64,000 nt of DNA from a virus (IMGVR_UViG_3300037067_027616:352001-416000), one strand, 5' to 3'. Shown: positions 23,508-34,945, counted from the first letter of the stretch. The notes: generated by a model not told the origin, from the sequence alone. Made by a program: numbers and translations.

Positions 23508-26500
23508 ATGGACGCAACCCTTGGACAGCAGAGAATAGGTGAACAACGGTTCAGTTCGGGAATAGAGTACGAGAAGCAGCTTCTCAGGCTCACCCGGGCT
23601 ATCCAGGATCGTTTGATCTCCGGCCTGCCCAGCAACTACTCCCGCGACAGAAATACCAACCTCGCTGAATTCTTCAGGATGGCGGCTAAAGAGTTTGCAC
23701 GCCTGCAGATATCCAGTTCCGATGTGAGCGATGACAAGTACCATGCCGACACACGCACGGAGTACTTGTGGCAGATACTCGGGGATACCTTGTTCCTCGG
23801 AGACCGGGCCATCAACGAGAACGTCACCGATGTGAAGTACAGAGAGTTCCTGTTGCGGGTGAGGAACGCATACTACGGCGGATCACGCCCGGCGAACATC
23901 CAAGCGGCGGTATCCGACATCGTAGGTCTGCCTGTAACTCTTAAAGAACTCTACCTTGAGGCCCGTAAAGAAGGGTCGTCCTACGGACTCAAGGACACCC
24001 ACAGGATGTTTTTCGAAATACTCATGGACGGGGTAGACTCCACATCCTCCATAGGACTCATCCTCGAAGACCTCAAATTTTTCATAGACATACTGAAGCC
24101 CGCCCACGTCCAATACGACACCAGGTTGATATGGACGGATGAGGCTCGTATACGTGAGCAGGATTGCACACCTAGTTATGATATGGCCGTATCCCCCGAT
24201 GTTTCCTACGGGGCTGACCGTATACACATGGTGACGTGGCTCTTGTCGAGCCTCTACCTGTACTCCGGTACCGACCCGGACGAAACTTGGGAAACCGGGG
24301 TCGTGGCGTCTGTCGATCTCGATAAACAAATAGTCTACACAGTTGATGACCGCCTGCTCGTTTACACCGCGTCCACGTTGTTCTACAGAAGGACGGGCAG
24401 CACCGATGAGGCCATAACCCCGGATATATTGGCGCCTTGGGACGATATCAGGTACTACGCCGTCAAGGACTCTGCATCGTCATCGGACGTGATAGACACC
24501 GAATGGGGTTACACAGGAACCATTTCGTGGGTCGATGAGTCCACCGAGGTCGTCTACCTCGACAGCGGGGCCGCTATATCCTACGGGGACGGGATCCTTG
24601 CCTACACGAGGGACGGTGCTGGAGAATATCGTATAGACATTTCCGACCTGTTGCCAGGTATGGACATTGCCTTCCGCGGCACGATGTACGACCACACGCA
24701 GTTCAAGTTCTATCAGACACCAACACAGGTATTAGCAAACCCTTCCAAGCAGTTTGATAGTGAAGTCATCGCCAGGCCGTTCTTCCAAGAGAATGTGGTC
24801 AAAAACCTCGAGTACCCGCCGGGGATGACTGCCGGGCCAAATTTGGTAGTGGTGGACGGTGTCGCCACAGTAGTGGAATACGACCCAAGGTTCTACGCGC
24901 GAGAGGGAGACACAAAATACCGCGAGAGGAAAATAGACCGTTACAGTTTGTCCATTGACGGCACTTACCAAACGCAATTCTCGGTCAATGACCCCGACCG
25001 CACGCTGACAAAAAATGAGTCCAAGACAATTTTCACGGATGTCTATGGGTACACGGGCATCAACGACCCAGCCGTGCAATATGCCATATCGGTCACCCAC
25101 ACGGGTGACCTTGTAGAGGACGGTGCGGCAGCCAAGGTGGCCGCCATCGGTGATGAAACACAGACATGCGAAAGAGCCGCTACATGCCAAGTCGTACCCT
25201 TCTATGAGGATCTACGTAAGTATTGGACGTGGCCAGATTTGCAGTTGGTGTCAGGGTTCTTCGTGGTAATGATGGACTTCCCGGACATCCCTGATGTCCC
25301 CGGCGCCCATGACATACCAGCGTGGTTCAGGATATCATCCGACCCCGATGTCTACCGCATGCCTTCCCTGCCTATGCTCGGCCCCGGGGGACTGCCGGCT
25401 ACAGCCGCCGATGTCGTAGTGTACGTAAATGGGCTGAAGGTGGATGATGCCATCGCCTACATCGACCCATGGGCGGGCATCATCGGTCTTAACTTCATAC
25501 CGCCTTTTGACGTCACCCTCCGCATAGATTATTGGTATAGCGCGAGATACCCGGCCGTCCAGAGTCATCTCGTGTCCATTGTCTCTCCTTCGCACCCACT
25601 GCCTGGTGATTTGGTGAGCATGATGACGGTCATATCCACCACGGGGATTGTCAAAAGGCTTTATTGGCCCTTCGAGGTCACCGACCCTGATTTGTACGGT
25701 GACGACAGGGATTACCAAGTCAACAAGTTCCCGATACTGAACGAGCGCGGTGAACTTGCCACCCCTGAAGATATCACGGTGTCCATAGGGGCTCCCATCG
25801 TTTATGGCACCACGGTGGTGTCAAGTTACATCGATGGGGACACTGTATTAGACTCCATGGGGGTTGATTGGTCAGGGGTTGCGGTGGGTGATATCATCGT
25901 CCTCGAATCGGACAACTACCTTGACCGTATGATGATGTATACCGTTCAGTCAGTGGATGCTTTGGCAGGCACACTTGTGATACCAGGTACCTTGCCTCCG
26001 TTGAGCACGTCCTACCCGTACCAGATTATCAGGTTCATTGAGGTGGAGGGCGCCGTTACTGATGTACGACCTCTCCTTGGACATATTCGTGTGAATTTCA
26101 TAGCCCCCACCGGGGTTGTGTTGAAGTTTGATTACCATTACACCTCGGAGCGCCGCGAGTATCTCATGGTGCCGGACGCCGTTTGTAATGGACTCACGGG
26201 GTCTGACTACTACGGATCTTCGCAGTATACCTCGGACACATACTACGGGCCGCGCTACGGGTATGGCATGCTTGAAGATGGGGCGTTTACGGGTCCGGAG
26301 ATTCCTGTCCGGCAGTTCGATGAGTTGATCGAGTACGGGTACCGCTACAGGGCATTCGACCTTACCGCCTCCGCCGTCCTTAACTCTGAAACATTGCTAT
26401 TGAACGGGTACACGGTGCCGTCTGAGCGCGGGTCTTTCAAAGGAAACTTGAGTAACCTCAACCAAGCCAGAGTCGCCTTCAGCCCGGAATATCTGACCGA

Positions 26501-27893
26501 TACAGGTAAAAACATCGTTCTTAACGACCCGTACCTCCACAATGGTCTTGAGCCGTATACCAAGCTAAACCCGGGTGTGCCTTTGTTCATTGAGAGCCAG
26601 ACCGATGATGGACATTACAGGTTGTTCAGCACCGCAGATGAACATCCGAGTTACGACCCGGACTACGAGGGTGGACACGATGTGCAGGCCGGCTTCACAA
26701 TCATAAACCCGGACGATGCAGGAATCATCGACCTTAATGGCGTGTGCGATTTGGCGGAAAACGGCCGTGCCACGATTTACTCGGATCTCAAGATGGTCAG
26801 AACTGACAATGGCGGGTATGATGCCCCGTTGTCGACATTGTCGGACAGTTCCAACGGTTTGCCGTTAAAGTCCACTATGGTGGAGCGTTACTACCCGAAC
26901 AGGGAACAGCGCATCAATGACTACCTTGATTACATCAACCAAGTTCCTTCGGAGTATAGCACGGGCACTCTCGTGTTCCTTTATGACTCCGACATTGTGA
27001 AGAGCAGGGTTTCCAACCTTTTTGGCATGCGCAAGGGTGATGCTTTGTTGGTTAAGGACGTTCCATATGTGTTCAACCAGACGTCTCAAGAGTGGGAAAC
27101 GGATATAAAGGACATCGAATACATCGTAATAGAGATCATTGATGCTGAAACGATACGGTTGAATACCCCGTTTGATGGCCCGAAAGGCGATTACAATTAT
27201 GAACTCACGAGGAGTTTCGTCTACAATGTTGACGTCTTTTTGAACGAGGTGGTCAGGTTCTTGAACTTTGGCTCAACGGGTTTATTGGGGACAACAGGAT
27301 TTGACTATGGTATAACGGGTACAGGGGGCTTGACCGGGGTCTATTTCAGCGACCCGGATCCCGACCCGTATCCACGCAACCCGGACAACCCGAACATACG
27401 TCACCCATCGGCTTATTACTACCCGATAGGGGACGTGGTTGTGGACGGTGTGACGTACCGCACGAACAGGACTCTGGGTGTCACCGGCGATGTGCTTACC
27501 TCTGACATCATAGATGCGGACGGCGACTCATATGGCTTCACGGGTCCTTTCGGTTCTGGACTTTCTAGCTACTATGAAACGGGTGCATACGGGGTCACTG
27601 GTCCGTTCTACACGGGGACTGAAGGTGGGAATTCAGGGTTCACGGGTCCGAGCGGTGCCTTGAACCTTGGCATAACAGGACCTGTTGAGTATGCAAACCC
27701 AAGAACTGTAGAAGAATATGATGTTTACCATGTTCCTGGTGGGTATACGGGCGATTTCTTCTCGTATAGCGAGGCGGAGTACCGGGTGCAGTGGAGGAAT
27801 TGGGATCAAGGTGTCATCATAGCCAGTATAGTAGAGGCTGGAGAAACAGGTACCCTTGCCGGATTGACTGGGGTCGTGGTTATACAAATCTGA
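23508..27893 (+). CDS. Large baseplate wedge/tail structural protein
   Basis: N-terminal 'YREFLLRV…YYGGS…IQAAV…IDILKPAH' resembles baseplate wedge (P2 gpI/T4 gp7-type) N-terminal domain; internal duplicated 'FPIL…G..AT..D..V' module. Confidence 0.65.
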   Translation: MDATLGQQRIGEQRFSSGIEYEKQLLRLTRAIQDRLISGLPSNYSRDRNTNLAEFFRMAAKEFARLQISSSDVSDDKYHADTRTEYLWQILGDTLFLGDRAINENVTDVKYREFLLRVRNAYYGGSRPANIQAAVSDIVGLPVTLKELYLEARKEGSSYGLKDTHRMFFEILMDGVDSTSSIGLILEDLKFFIDILKPAHVQYDTRLIWTDEARIREQDCTPSYDMAVSPDVSYGADRIHMVTWLLSSLYLYSGTDPDETWETGVVASVDLDKQIVYTVDDRLLVYTASTLFYRRTGSTDEAITPDILAPWDDIRYYAVKDSASSSDVIDTEWGYTGTISWVDESTEVVYLDSGAAISYGDGILAYTRDGAGEYRIDISDLLPGMDIAFRGTMYDHTQFKFYQTPTQVLANPSKQFDSEVIARPFFQENVVKNLEYPPGMTAGPNLVVVDGVATVVEYDPRFYAREGDTKYRERKIDRYSLSIDGTYQTQFSVNDPDRTLTKNESKTIFTDVYGYTGINDPAVQYAISVTHTGDLVEDGAAAKVAAIGDETQTCERAATCQVVPFYEDLRKYWTWPDLQLVSGFFVVMMDFPDIPDVPGAHDIPAWFRISSDPDVYRMPSLPMLGPGGLPATAADVVVYVNGLKVDDAIAYIDPWAGIIGLNFIPPFDVTLRIDYWYSARYPAVQSHLVSIVSPSHPLPGDLVSMMTVISTTGIVKRLYWPFEVTDPDLYGDDRDYQVNKFPILNERGELATPEDITVSIGAPIVYGTTVVSSYIDGDTVLDSMGVDWSGVAVGDIIVLESDNYLDRMMMYTVQSVDALAGTLVIPGTLPPLSTSYPYQIIRFIEVEGAVTDVRPLLGHIRVNFIAPTGVVLKFDYHYTSERREYLMVPDAVCNGLTGSDYYGSSQYTSDTYYGPRYGYGMLEDGAFTGPEIPVRQFDELIEYGYRYRAFDLTASAVLNSETLLLNGYTVPSERGSFKGNLSNLNQARVAFSPEYLTDTGKNIVLNDPYLHNGLEPYTKLNPGVPLFIESQTDDGHYRLFSTADEHPSYDPDYEGGHDVQAGFTIINPDDAGIIDLNGVCDLAENGRATIYSDLKMVRTDNGGYDAPLSTLSDSSNGLPLKSTMVERYYPNREQRINDYLDYINQVPSEYSTGTLVFLYDSDIVKSRVSNLFGMRKGDALLVKDVPYVFNQTSQEWETDIKDIEYIVIEIIDAETIRLNTPFDGPKGDYNYELTRSFVYNVDVFLNEVVRFLNFGSTGLLGTTGFDYGITGTGGLTGVYFSDPDPDPYPRNPDNPNIRHPSAYYYPIGDVVVDGVTYRTNRTLGVTGDVLTSDIIDADGDSYGFTGPFGSGLSSYYETGAYGVTGPFYTGTEGGNSGFTGPSGALNLGITGPVEYANPRTVEEYDVYHVPGGYTGDFFSYSEAEYRVQWRNWDQGVIIASIVEAGETGTLAGLTGVVVIQI

Positions 27894-27909
27894 AAACGGA
27901 AATACTTGT

Positions 27910-28890
27910 ATGCCTGATGAAAAATTTTTCGAAACTCCCAGAGGGTTCGTCAACAAGTACGCCCCAGACAAGCCCCTTGTCGGACCACAGGGTGAGAGGT
28001 ACATAGAAGGTTACAAGGTCATTCCGGCAAAGAACGTCCCTTCGCGCACGAAAGGATTAGATCCAAAGGATGTACAGGGTCCTTTTGCTAAACAAGGCGA
28101 GAAGTCAGATGCTCGTTTCTACATGACAACTTCTTTGATTGGGGCGAAGCTGTACGCTTATAACACCTTCAACATCGACCGACACAAGCGCGGTTTAACC
28201 AAAGACTACCTTCGGATTAAAGAGCTCCACGAAAGGCACCCTGAAGAAGGCCCCACCCCTTCATATGATGAGTTTGTTAAAGGTTGGGGTGAACAGAAGG
28301 GTGCAGGTAAACCTTACTCTAGAGTGGCTATTATACACATTTCTCTCCTATCCAAAGGTGAAAAGCCTCGTAAGGATTTGTCAGAAACGATCGGAGGGTA
28401 TGGGGATCAAATTTGGGTGAATCACTCTGACATAGTCCCCGGAAGTATAGACATAGAAGTGGTTGGTTATTTTTCTGAAGATGACTTGAAGGATATTGAA
28501 AAGTTTGAATCGGACCAGAAAAGACCTCATAAAATTTCTGAGACTCCCGACATAAGAGTATGGTCTAAAACGAGATACGCTCCAGGGTCATTCTTTAAAA
28601 AAGATCAACCTCCTCCTATACTCAAAGCCTTGGAACCCTATGAAGTAGGTGGTGACCAATCGATGCCTCAGGATAAGGGTGTCACATTGGTTCAGATAAA
28701 AACTGACCAAAATCAATCGTATGCCAAACATTTGAAGCTACCTAAGCAATCCGTGGTTAAGATACTTCGGGAGAATGATTTTGTCAGCGACCACGAGTTA
28801 GTCCCCGGCAAAAAACATGAATTCTACTCGGTGAAACGAGCATCGGTTACACAGTACCTTCGCAAGTCAGCGAGTGTAATACTCAACTAA
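27910..28890 (+). CDS. Hypothetical protein (Lys-rich; possibly internal head protein)
   Basis: 326-aa ORF in operon orientation; no recognised motif. Confidence 0.55.
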   Translation: MPDEKFFETPRGFVNKYAPDKPLVGPQGERYIEGYKVIPAKNVPSRTKGLDPKDVQGPFAKQGEKSDARFYMTTSLIGAKLYAYNTFNIDRHKRGLTKDYLRIKELHERHPEEGPTPSYDEFVKGWGEQKGAGKPYSRVAIIHISLLSKGEKPRKDLSETIGGYGDQIWVNHSDIVPGSIDIEVVGYFSEDDLKDIEKFESDQKRPHKISETPDIRVWSKTRYAPGSFFKKDQPPPILKALEPYEVGGDQSMPQDKGVTLVQIKTDQNQSYAKHLKLPKQSVVKILRENDFVSDHELVPGKKHEFYSVKRASVTQYLRKSASVILN

Positions 28891-28943
28891 TCATTTTTAC
28901 TTATAGAAGGTCTACATCCACACCGTATTGACAAGGAACCAAA

Positions 28944-29525
28944 ATGCCGTCATTTATTGAAAAGTTGAAGAAGGCTGTCGCAGGGTCGTTGCGATACGCA
29001 GCCTTCACGATTTTGAAGGAGGAAACACACCACCTTCATGGCGAACTTATCCTGAAAGCGTACGAGGGCGGTAAGCTCGTCCATGAGTACAGGCAGAGCA
29101 ACATCATTGTCAACCTCGCTTCCGTCCTCATAGCAAGGCTTTTAAAAGACAGCAGCGAACCAGCAGGCGGGATAACCTACCTCGCTGTCGGAAGCGGGAA
29201 TTCGAGTTGGGACATGTTTGACCCACCCGCCCCAACAACCTCGCAGATCCTTCTTGAAAACGAATATTACCGCAAGCAGATAGACATGTCAACATTTGTG
29301 CACCCGGAAACTGGGGAGCCTACGACAACGAACACAAACATTGTCGACTATGTGGTTACGTTCGGAGAGGCCGAGGCCGTAGGCCCGATGGTGGAACTAT
29401 CGTTGTTTGGGGGTGACGCCACCGTAGCGAGTAACACAGGTACTATGATAAATTGGCGCACGATACCTGTAATAAACAAAACGTCCACGATGACTCTGAC
29501 GATCATTTTCAGGATTACCGCTTAA
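28944..29525 (+). CDS. Baseplate/tail-fibre attachment protein (collar-fibre N-terminal-like)
   Basis: 'NIIVN…ITYLAVGSG…L.NE..RK…EA.G…EL.LF…INKTS…LTI.FRI' pattern typical of this structural family. Confidence 0.6.
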   Translation: MPSFIEKLKKAVAGSLRYAAFTILKEETHHLHGELILKAYEGGKLVHEYRQSNIIVNLASVLIARLLKDSSEPAGGITYLAVGSGNSSWDMFDPPAPTTSQILLENEYYRKQIDMSTFVHPETGEPTTTNTNIVDYVVTFGEAEAVGPMVELSLFGGDATVASNTGTMINWRTIPVINKTSTMTLTIIFRITA

Positions 29526-29526
29526 G

Positions 29527-30474
29527 ATGAAGCACCTCATACGTAGGATGGCCGCGTCAAGTTTGAGTGTGTCAGCCCATATCAAGGTGGGTTGCGACTG
29601 TCTCAATGTGGTCAAGGATGACGCAGACAGAAAGTTGTTCTTGAACGGTTACGAGACCATGTCAGACAGGGGGGACGGAGATGATTCATTTGCCGCCGTG
29701 ATGTCAGACATTTTGTCGAAGCTGTTCAAGAGCGGTAAAGGTAAGGTCATCATGATGATCGATGGGGGTACCGGCGGCCTTATGAAGGACGTCGCCGGCA
29801 GATTGGGAAAATCGATCGGCAACGACAAAGTGGACTTAAAGGACGGGAACCCACCGAAGTCTGTGGAGCCTGCCGATTTCAAAGTTGACACCGCTGTAAA
29901 CATGGACGCTTTAGCAAACAACATAGGTGTGCTTGCAAGCAAGATTGCTGCGGTCGCAGATGCAATAGATTCAGCGCGTGATGCGGGTCTTATGATCACC
30001 AGGAAGAGGTTGGTGCAGAGTATGTGGGGCGCAGACAAGATGCAGAGAATCCTCGATGGAGTCAGGGTGCGGTTGGAGAACCTCGATTACCCATGGTCAA
30101 AAGTGGCTGTGTCCTCCGAAGTCATGACAAAGTCCGCGCCAAGACTTCAGAGGAAGTTGTCATCCGAAAATTCTGGTGATGACGGCATGGTGGCGAATGT
30201 ACTCATACCTGGTATAAACGATGGGTATCTGAATGTGAAACGGGCGGCGGAGGAAATTGCCGTGTCAATCGTTCCACTTGTGTACATAGACGATGCTTTT
30301 CAAAGGAACACGACATACCCGGCTACATGGTTCTTTGACCAGGACATGATGGACGGTGTGTCACAAGGATACGACACGGTGGTGGACTTCTTAACACAGA
30401 TACCGAAAATAGAATCGAAGGTCATGGATCCATTGTCTTTGGCACGCATGCGCATAATCGATGGTGAAAAATAA
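29527..30474 (+). CDS. Hypothetical protein
   Basis: 315-aa ORF, tightly coupled to neighbours. Confidence 0.6.
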   Translation: MKHLIRRMAASSLSVSAHIKVGCDCLNVVKDDADRKLFLNGYETMSDRGDGDDSFAAVMSDILSKLFKSGKGKVIMMIDGGTGGLMKDVAGRLGKSIGNDKVDLKDGNPPKSVEPADFKVDTAVNMDALANNIGVLASKIAAVADAIDSARDAGLMITRKRLVQSMWGADKMQRILDGVRVRLENLDYPWSKVAVSSEVMTKSAPRLQRKLSSENSGDDGMVANVLIPGINDGYLNVKRAAEEIAVSIVPLVYIDDAFQRNTTYPATWFFDQDMMDGVSQGYDTVVDFLTQIPKIESKVMDPLSLARMRIIDGEK

Positions 30475-30483
30475 GGAATACAA

Positions 30484-33400
30484 ATGGCAGACAATTTCGG
30501 AGCAAAGCAATCAAGGGTTGTGACGGTCGATGAGAGAAGCCTCGACAACGTGGTGTTCCTCACGTGCCGTCCCCCGCTCAGTTCCGAATGGAATTTGATT
30601 AATCAAATAGGCAACAACAAAGCACTCGATGCATCAAAACTCTCACTGCCCTCTGGATGGATGCGCGTAGGATGCGTGAGCGATACCGTGTCGGAGTCGG
30701 ATGCACAATCCGGAGATGCTTTGACGTCAGAGTCTTATGATGCAAACACGTTCAAGCTCGTTTCCAAAGGCGGTAATGTTGCCGTGGTGAATGGGTGGCG
30801 CGTTCTCGTGCAGGGGTGGAATTCGCCGGATGACAACAACGTCATAGAACTCGACACAGCGGCGGGTCAGATGTATGACTTCGTGTTCCTCGAAGTGTGG
30901 AGGAAGCTGGTCGCCTACAACGAATCTCTTTATCCTTATGGAAATACGTCACACACTCCTTACACCGACAACGAAATACTTTGGCCAACCGTGGGTACAG
31001 AAACATCTATGCGGGTGCAGATACAATACCGCATCAGGTCAGTGCCGGTTACTACCGCGTTGTCTGGAGACAGCGATGTGTTTTCCGCAATGGATATTCA
31101 CCCCATAGGCGGCAGGGTTATAGGAGAGGATACGTTCCGTAACTTTGCACCGAGCGGCGCAGACGATGTGACTCTCTACACCGCAGGTGACGGATCTGAA
31201 ACCAGCCAAACTGAACTGAATACGGTCGATGGATATGTCTACGCCGTACCCATGTTTTTGGTCTACAGAAGGACACCGTCCGTATCCGTGTTCACCCCAA
31301 CTTCTATAGACTCCTGTTACACGACCGTTGCCAAAAGCCTCGAGGGCTACGTAAAAGATAGGCCGGATGCGTTGCTTGCCGATGCTGTTTATGCGCAAGA
31401 CATCGTTGACTTCAGGCACCAGGTTCTCACAGACTCCGGAGATTTAAGCGGCGTTATGGCGCGCACGTTCGCGAAACTGATCTCCGGTAATTTGACCACG
31501 GCCCTCAAAAGGGGATATGACGAGGACGGTGAGCAAAGTTCCGCAGGAAGCGGTGGATCTGTTTTGACGAAGGCCGAACGGATCAACAGTACGGGTTCCG
31601 ACAACATTCCCAACATGGGTACGGGTGACATTTTCCGCCGCGCGTTCTGTAACGCGGAAGTGTATCATGACCACAACGTGTTTTCCGTGCCAATGAACGG
31701 CGGTGGATCTTGGGCGGCAGGGACGATAGCCATTTCAAGCTTTTTCTCAAAAGCGTATGGATCAGTCACATCCGTAGAAGGTGTTTATTCGACAGATCTT
31801 GGTGCGATCGTCACTGATGTCACGTATAACTCTACGAATATAGTAATAGGTTCTTCAAGCAACCTGGTGGGAACATCTTTCAACCTCTATATGGAATTCA
31901 CGTTCGGATACAATTCATCGGACGCGGGGTTCAAGGATGTCCCGAGGACGTTGCTTGAGGCGGCGAAAGGCACTTTTGCGCCAATATCCCTCGGCAATCC
32001 GGTGACCGTAAGGACTAATGCCACAGGCGACCTCCTGTATTTTGGTTTGACACCGAATGTTGGGGATACGACCGTTGATGATTATGCGATCTGCAATGGT
32101 GCTAACTACACTGAAAACAGCAACTTTGGACACGATTTGGTCGTGTACCGGACCATGGCAGGGACATCAGTAACTTTTTCTCTCACCGATGGAAAATTGA
32201 ATGGTTACTACATCCTCGGTGTGAAGCGCGTGAGAGTAAAATCCGGTAGCACATACGGTAGCCCTGTTTCATTTACGCAAAGCAGAGTGGTTGCCCTAGG
32301 TCCACCGTATGTTGTTTCAAGCTACACGGCTGTTCCTGTCGCCACAGCGGGTTCCGATGTAGAGGTAACCTTGATCACAGGCAGTAAACTGCCGGATGAC
32401 GCAGGCAGTGTGTACGACCTTGCCGGTAGCATGAAATTCTTTGACTTGAACAGACAAGGGCGCGGAGTAACAGACACGCACGAGATGATTGATGTGGTGG
32501 CCACAGAGGATTCTCCTGGTAAGTATACGGTCGACACGACATCTATTGGTAAGCCTATCATCGCTATAGGCACGAAAGTTTATGCTTCAGGCATATACGA
32601 AGTGGGGGATCCAATAGCATTCAGGCACGACACGGGTGCGTTTGTTATCGTGTCGACATCGAGCGTGAATGACGCCCTTCCCGTGCTTACCGATTTGGAA
32701 TATCAGATTGACTGGCTGCCTACAAGGATAATCCTTGATGCCCCATCTGGACTTTCAAAGATACGCGTGCCCGTGCTTGTACATGCGGCTCCCACGTTGT
32801 CCGAGACTCCCTATACGTTCTTCTACAACATGGCTCCTTATCAGGGTATCCTGTCCGGTTCTACCGAATTTATGGGTAAAATAATCGCTGAAGGAACCTC
32901 ATTCGTGACAAGCCTTGGGTCGGGGACCATTGACGATTACGTGTACTCCGATGGAAAAGCTGTTTTCCATCAAGGTACGCACAATGTAGAGGGCATTTCC
33001 TTCGGTGGTGTGACGCCGGATTGGGTCCCGTATGCGAAGGCCGGAGATTTCATAGGTCCTTTAGACGGTAAAAAATACCGTATACTGTCGGTTACCGATG
33101 CCACCAATATCATACTTGCGGAGCCTTTTGTAGAGGCAGACACCACGGATTTTTACGATATCGTTCGTATGGACACGCCCACCATGGGCAACCTATCGAA
33201 TATTGTAGACAGACTACCCTCGTACATGGTTACCGATGATTTGGGGACATACCCGACGGACTACACGTGCATGTCCGACCCGCTCGATGCAGGGGTGTTT
33301 GACTCCCCGATGTTAGAAGGCCGGCCTACCATGAAGTCTCAAGATCCTCTCACGGCCGAGCCGAATGACTTCGTGGTGGGATCACAAACGAAGACGAACA

Positions 33401-33729
33401 TACGCGGCAGATATAACATGCTCCTTGCTTCGGCGATATCGCCTGCGTACCGTTTGAATCCTGAATATCCGAGGGCGCACATAGTGTATGCCGACCTTGG
33501 CACGGAACAGACTGATGGACGCAGGAAGGCCTACCAAGTGTACCTATTCGCTCGATCTGCTGCAGATGGTTTGGTGGCCGGGTCGGTGGATATGACCGGA
33601 AGAGTGTACATGATGGTTATCAGCGGTGAAACGTGTTCGGGGGTCAAAAACCTCTTGACGACGTTCTCCGCCGTTGACGCTGTTGATTTGTTCGAACTTG
33701 TAGGGCGCCCTGTTATAAAGGCGCCATAA
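30484..33729 (+). CDS. Large virion structural (baseplate/fibre) protein
   Basis: N-terminal 'VVF…RPPLSSEWN', 'DFVFLEVW', 'ETSMRVQIQYRIR', 'TVDGYVYAVPMFLVYRR' typical of large myophage structural proteins. Confidence 0.65.
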   Translation: MADNFGAKQSRVVTVDERSLDNVVFLTCRPPLSSEWNLINQIGNNKALDASKLSLPSGWMRVGCVSDTVSESDAQSGDALTSESYDANTFKLVSKGGNVAVVNGWRVLVQGWNSPDDNNVIELDTAAGQMYDFVFLEVWRKLVAYNESLYPYGNTSHTPYTDNEILWPTVGTETSMRVQIQYRIRSVPVTTALSGDSDVFSAMDIHPIGGRVIGEDTFRNFAPSGADDVTLYTAGDGSETSQTELNTVDGYVYAVPMFLVYRRTPSVSVFTPTSIDSCYTTVAKSLEGYVKDRPDALLADAVYAQDIVDFRHQVLTDSGDLSGVMARTFAKLISGNLTTALKRGYDEDGEQSSAGSGGSVLTKAERINSTGSDNIPNMGTGDIFRRAFCNAEVYHDHNVFSVPMNGGGSWAAGTIAISSFFSKAYGSVTSVEGVYSTDLGAIVTDVTYNSTNIVIGSSSNLVGTSFNLYMEFTFGYNSSDAGFKDVPRTLLEAAKGTFAPISLGNPVTVRTNATGDLLYFGLTPNVGDTTVDDYAICNGANYTENSNFGHDLVVYRTMAGTSVTFSLTDGKLNGYYILGVKRVRVKSGSTYGSPVSFTQSRVVALGPPYVVSSYTAVPVATAGSDVEVTLITGSKLPDDAGSVYDLAGSMKFFDLNRQGRGVTDTHEMIDVVATEDSPGKYTVDTTSIGKPIIAIGTKVYASGIYEVGDPIAFRHDTGAFVIVSTSSVNDALPVLTDLEYQIDWLPTRIILDAPSGLSKIRVPVLVHAAPTLSETPYTFFYNMAPYQGILSGSTEFMGKIIAEGTSFVTSLGSGTIDDYVYSDGKAVFHQGTHNVEGISFGGVTPDWVPYAKAGDFIGPLDGKKYRILSVTDATNIILAEPFVEADTTDFYDIVRMDTPTMGNLSNIVDRLPSYMVTDDLGTYPTDYTCMSDPLDAGVFDSPMLEGRPTMKSQDPLTAEPNDFVVGSQTKTNIRGRYNMLLASAISPAYRLNPEYPRAHIVYADLGTEQTDGRRKAYQVYLFARSAADGLVAGSVDMTGRVYMMVISGETCSGVKNLLTTFSAVDAVDLFELVGRPVIKAP

Positions 33730-33739
33730 GGAGTTGGCA

Positions 33740-34903
33740 ATGGTTTCCATATACGGTGTTCTTGAGAAGTGGGCGGCAAAGACGGAAGCTACACCTCTTG
33801 CTGAGGGGGAGGTGGCGCCACGTCCAGACACGGGAAAGGTCGAGACGAAACGTTACTACTTCTACCAAGCCGACACAAAGAATTCCATTGATTTCATGAA
33901 TCTCAACAAGATTCTCAATGATAAGGATGACCAGAACAGGGCGGAGACGGTCAATTTGCTGAAGGGCGGTAACACGAGTTCAGCCACGAAGAGCGCGGAC
34001 TACTTCAAATGGTCGGCGGTCGCCGTCAGGACAAACCGTTACGATCCGGACCGCAAGACGTTCGCCGTCTATGTCTGCCGTCTCAATGCGTTCGGGCAGA
34101 AACAGCCAGGATCTGAACAAGTGCTACCCGACACGGTGCCTGTCAGGAAGGAAACGTTCGAGGAGGATCATACGTTGTTCCATGATGTGCGGGGTAACAC
34201 GGACATCGTGCAACTTGACACCTCGGGAGAGTCTATTTATGTCAACAGCGAGGCTCCATCCGACCTCGGTCAACGTTTGGTCAAAAATGCTGCATGGAGG
34301 GGTCTCAAATACGAGGACTTTGTGAAGGATACGTTTGGCAAGTACCGCATCTGGGTGATGAACGTGAATCAATTGCTCCAGCCGGATCATGAGGAATCAA
34401 AGACGGACATGCTCAAAGGCGGGCGCGGGAATTACGAGGGCGGTAACGAGGCTTTTGAGCGGGAAGTTCCTCCGGATGCCCGTGGGGAGGCTCCGGAAGA
34501 GCAAGAAGCTACCCCCGGTGAGGCACCCGCTGCCAAGCCAAAAGAGGCCCCTGCGCCTGCGTTTAAGCCCGGTACCGAGCCCGTGAAGCCCACGAAGGGT
34601 CAGATGGTAGACGAGGGCGACAGTGCCTTAAAGACGGCCTACGACCTCAAGGAAGCCGCCAGGAGGGTAGTCGCCGCGATCACCTCGGCTACACCTGGGT
34701 CGATGTCTACATCACAGCAAAGGAATCAGAGAACCCCCACCGTGCCGATATCAGCCGACCCAAAGATAAACCAGACATCTGCCAAGATGCTTCAGGATTT
34801 GGCCAATATGCAGAAGAAGATGCAAAACGTACAACAGACAGTTATGAGACAGCAAGGTACATCGACCACTACTTCTACGGGTACGATGGGACCTAAAGCA
34901 TAA
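33740..34903 (+). CDS. Hypothetical protein with Pro/Glu/Ala-rich and Gln/Thr-rich low-complexity tail
   Basis: ORF with aaggag RBS upstream of ATG 33740. Confidence 0.6.
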   Translation: MVSIYGVLEKWAAKTEATPLAEGEVAPRPDTGKVETKRYYFYQADTKNSIDFMNLNKILNDKDDQNRAETVNLLKGGNTSSATKSADYFKWSAVAVRTNRYDPDRKTFAVYVCRLNAFGQKQPGSEQVLPDTVPVRKETFEEDHTLFHDVRGNTDIVQLDTSGESIYVNSEAPSDLGQRLVKNAAWRGLKYEDFVKDTFGKYRIWVMNVNQLLQPDHEESKTDMLKGGRGNYEGGNEAFEREVPPDARGEAPEEQEATPGEAPAAKPKEAPAPAFKPGTEPVKPTKGQMVDEGDSALKTAYDLKEAARRVVAAITSATPGSMSTSQQRNQRTPTVPISADPKINQTSAKMLQDLANMQKKMQNVQQTVMRQQGTSTTTSTGTMGPKA

Positions 34904-34945
34904 TTACCGTTTTTGAAACGATTTTCAAGGTTTTCAGGTTTTTAG

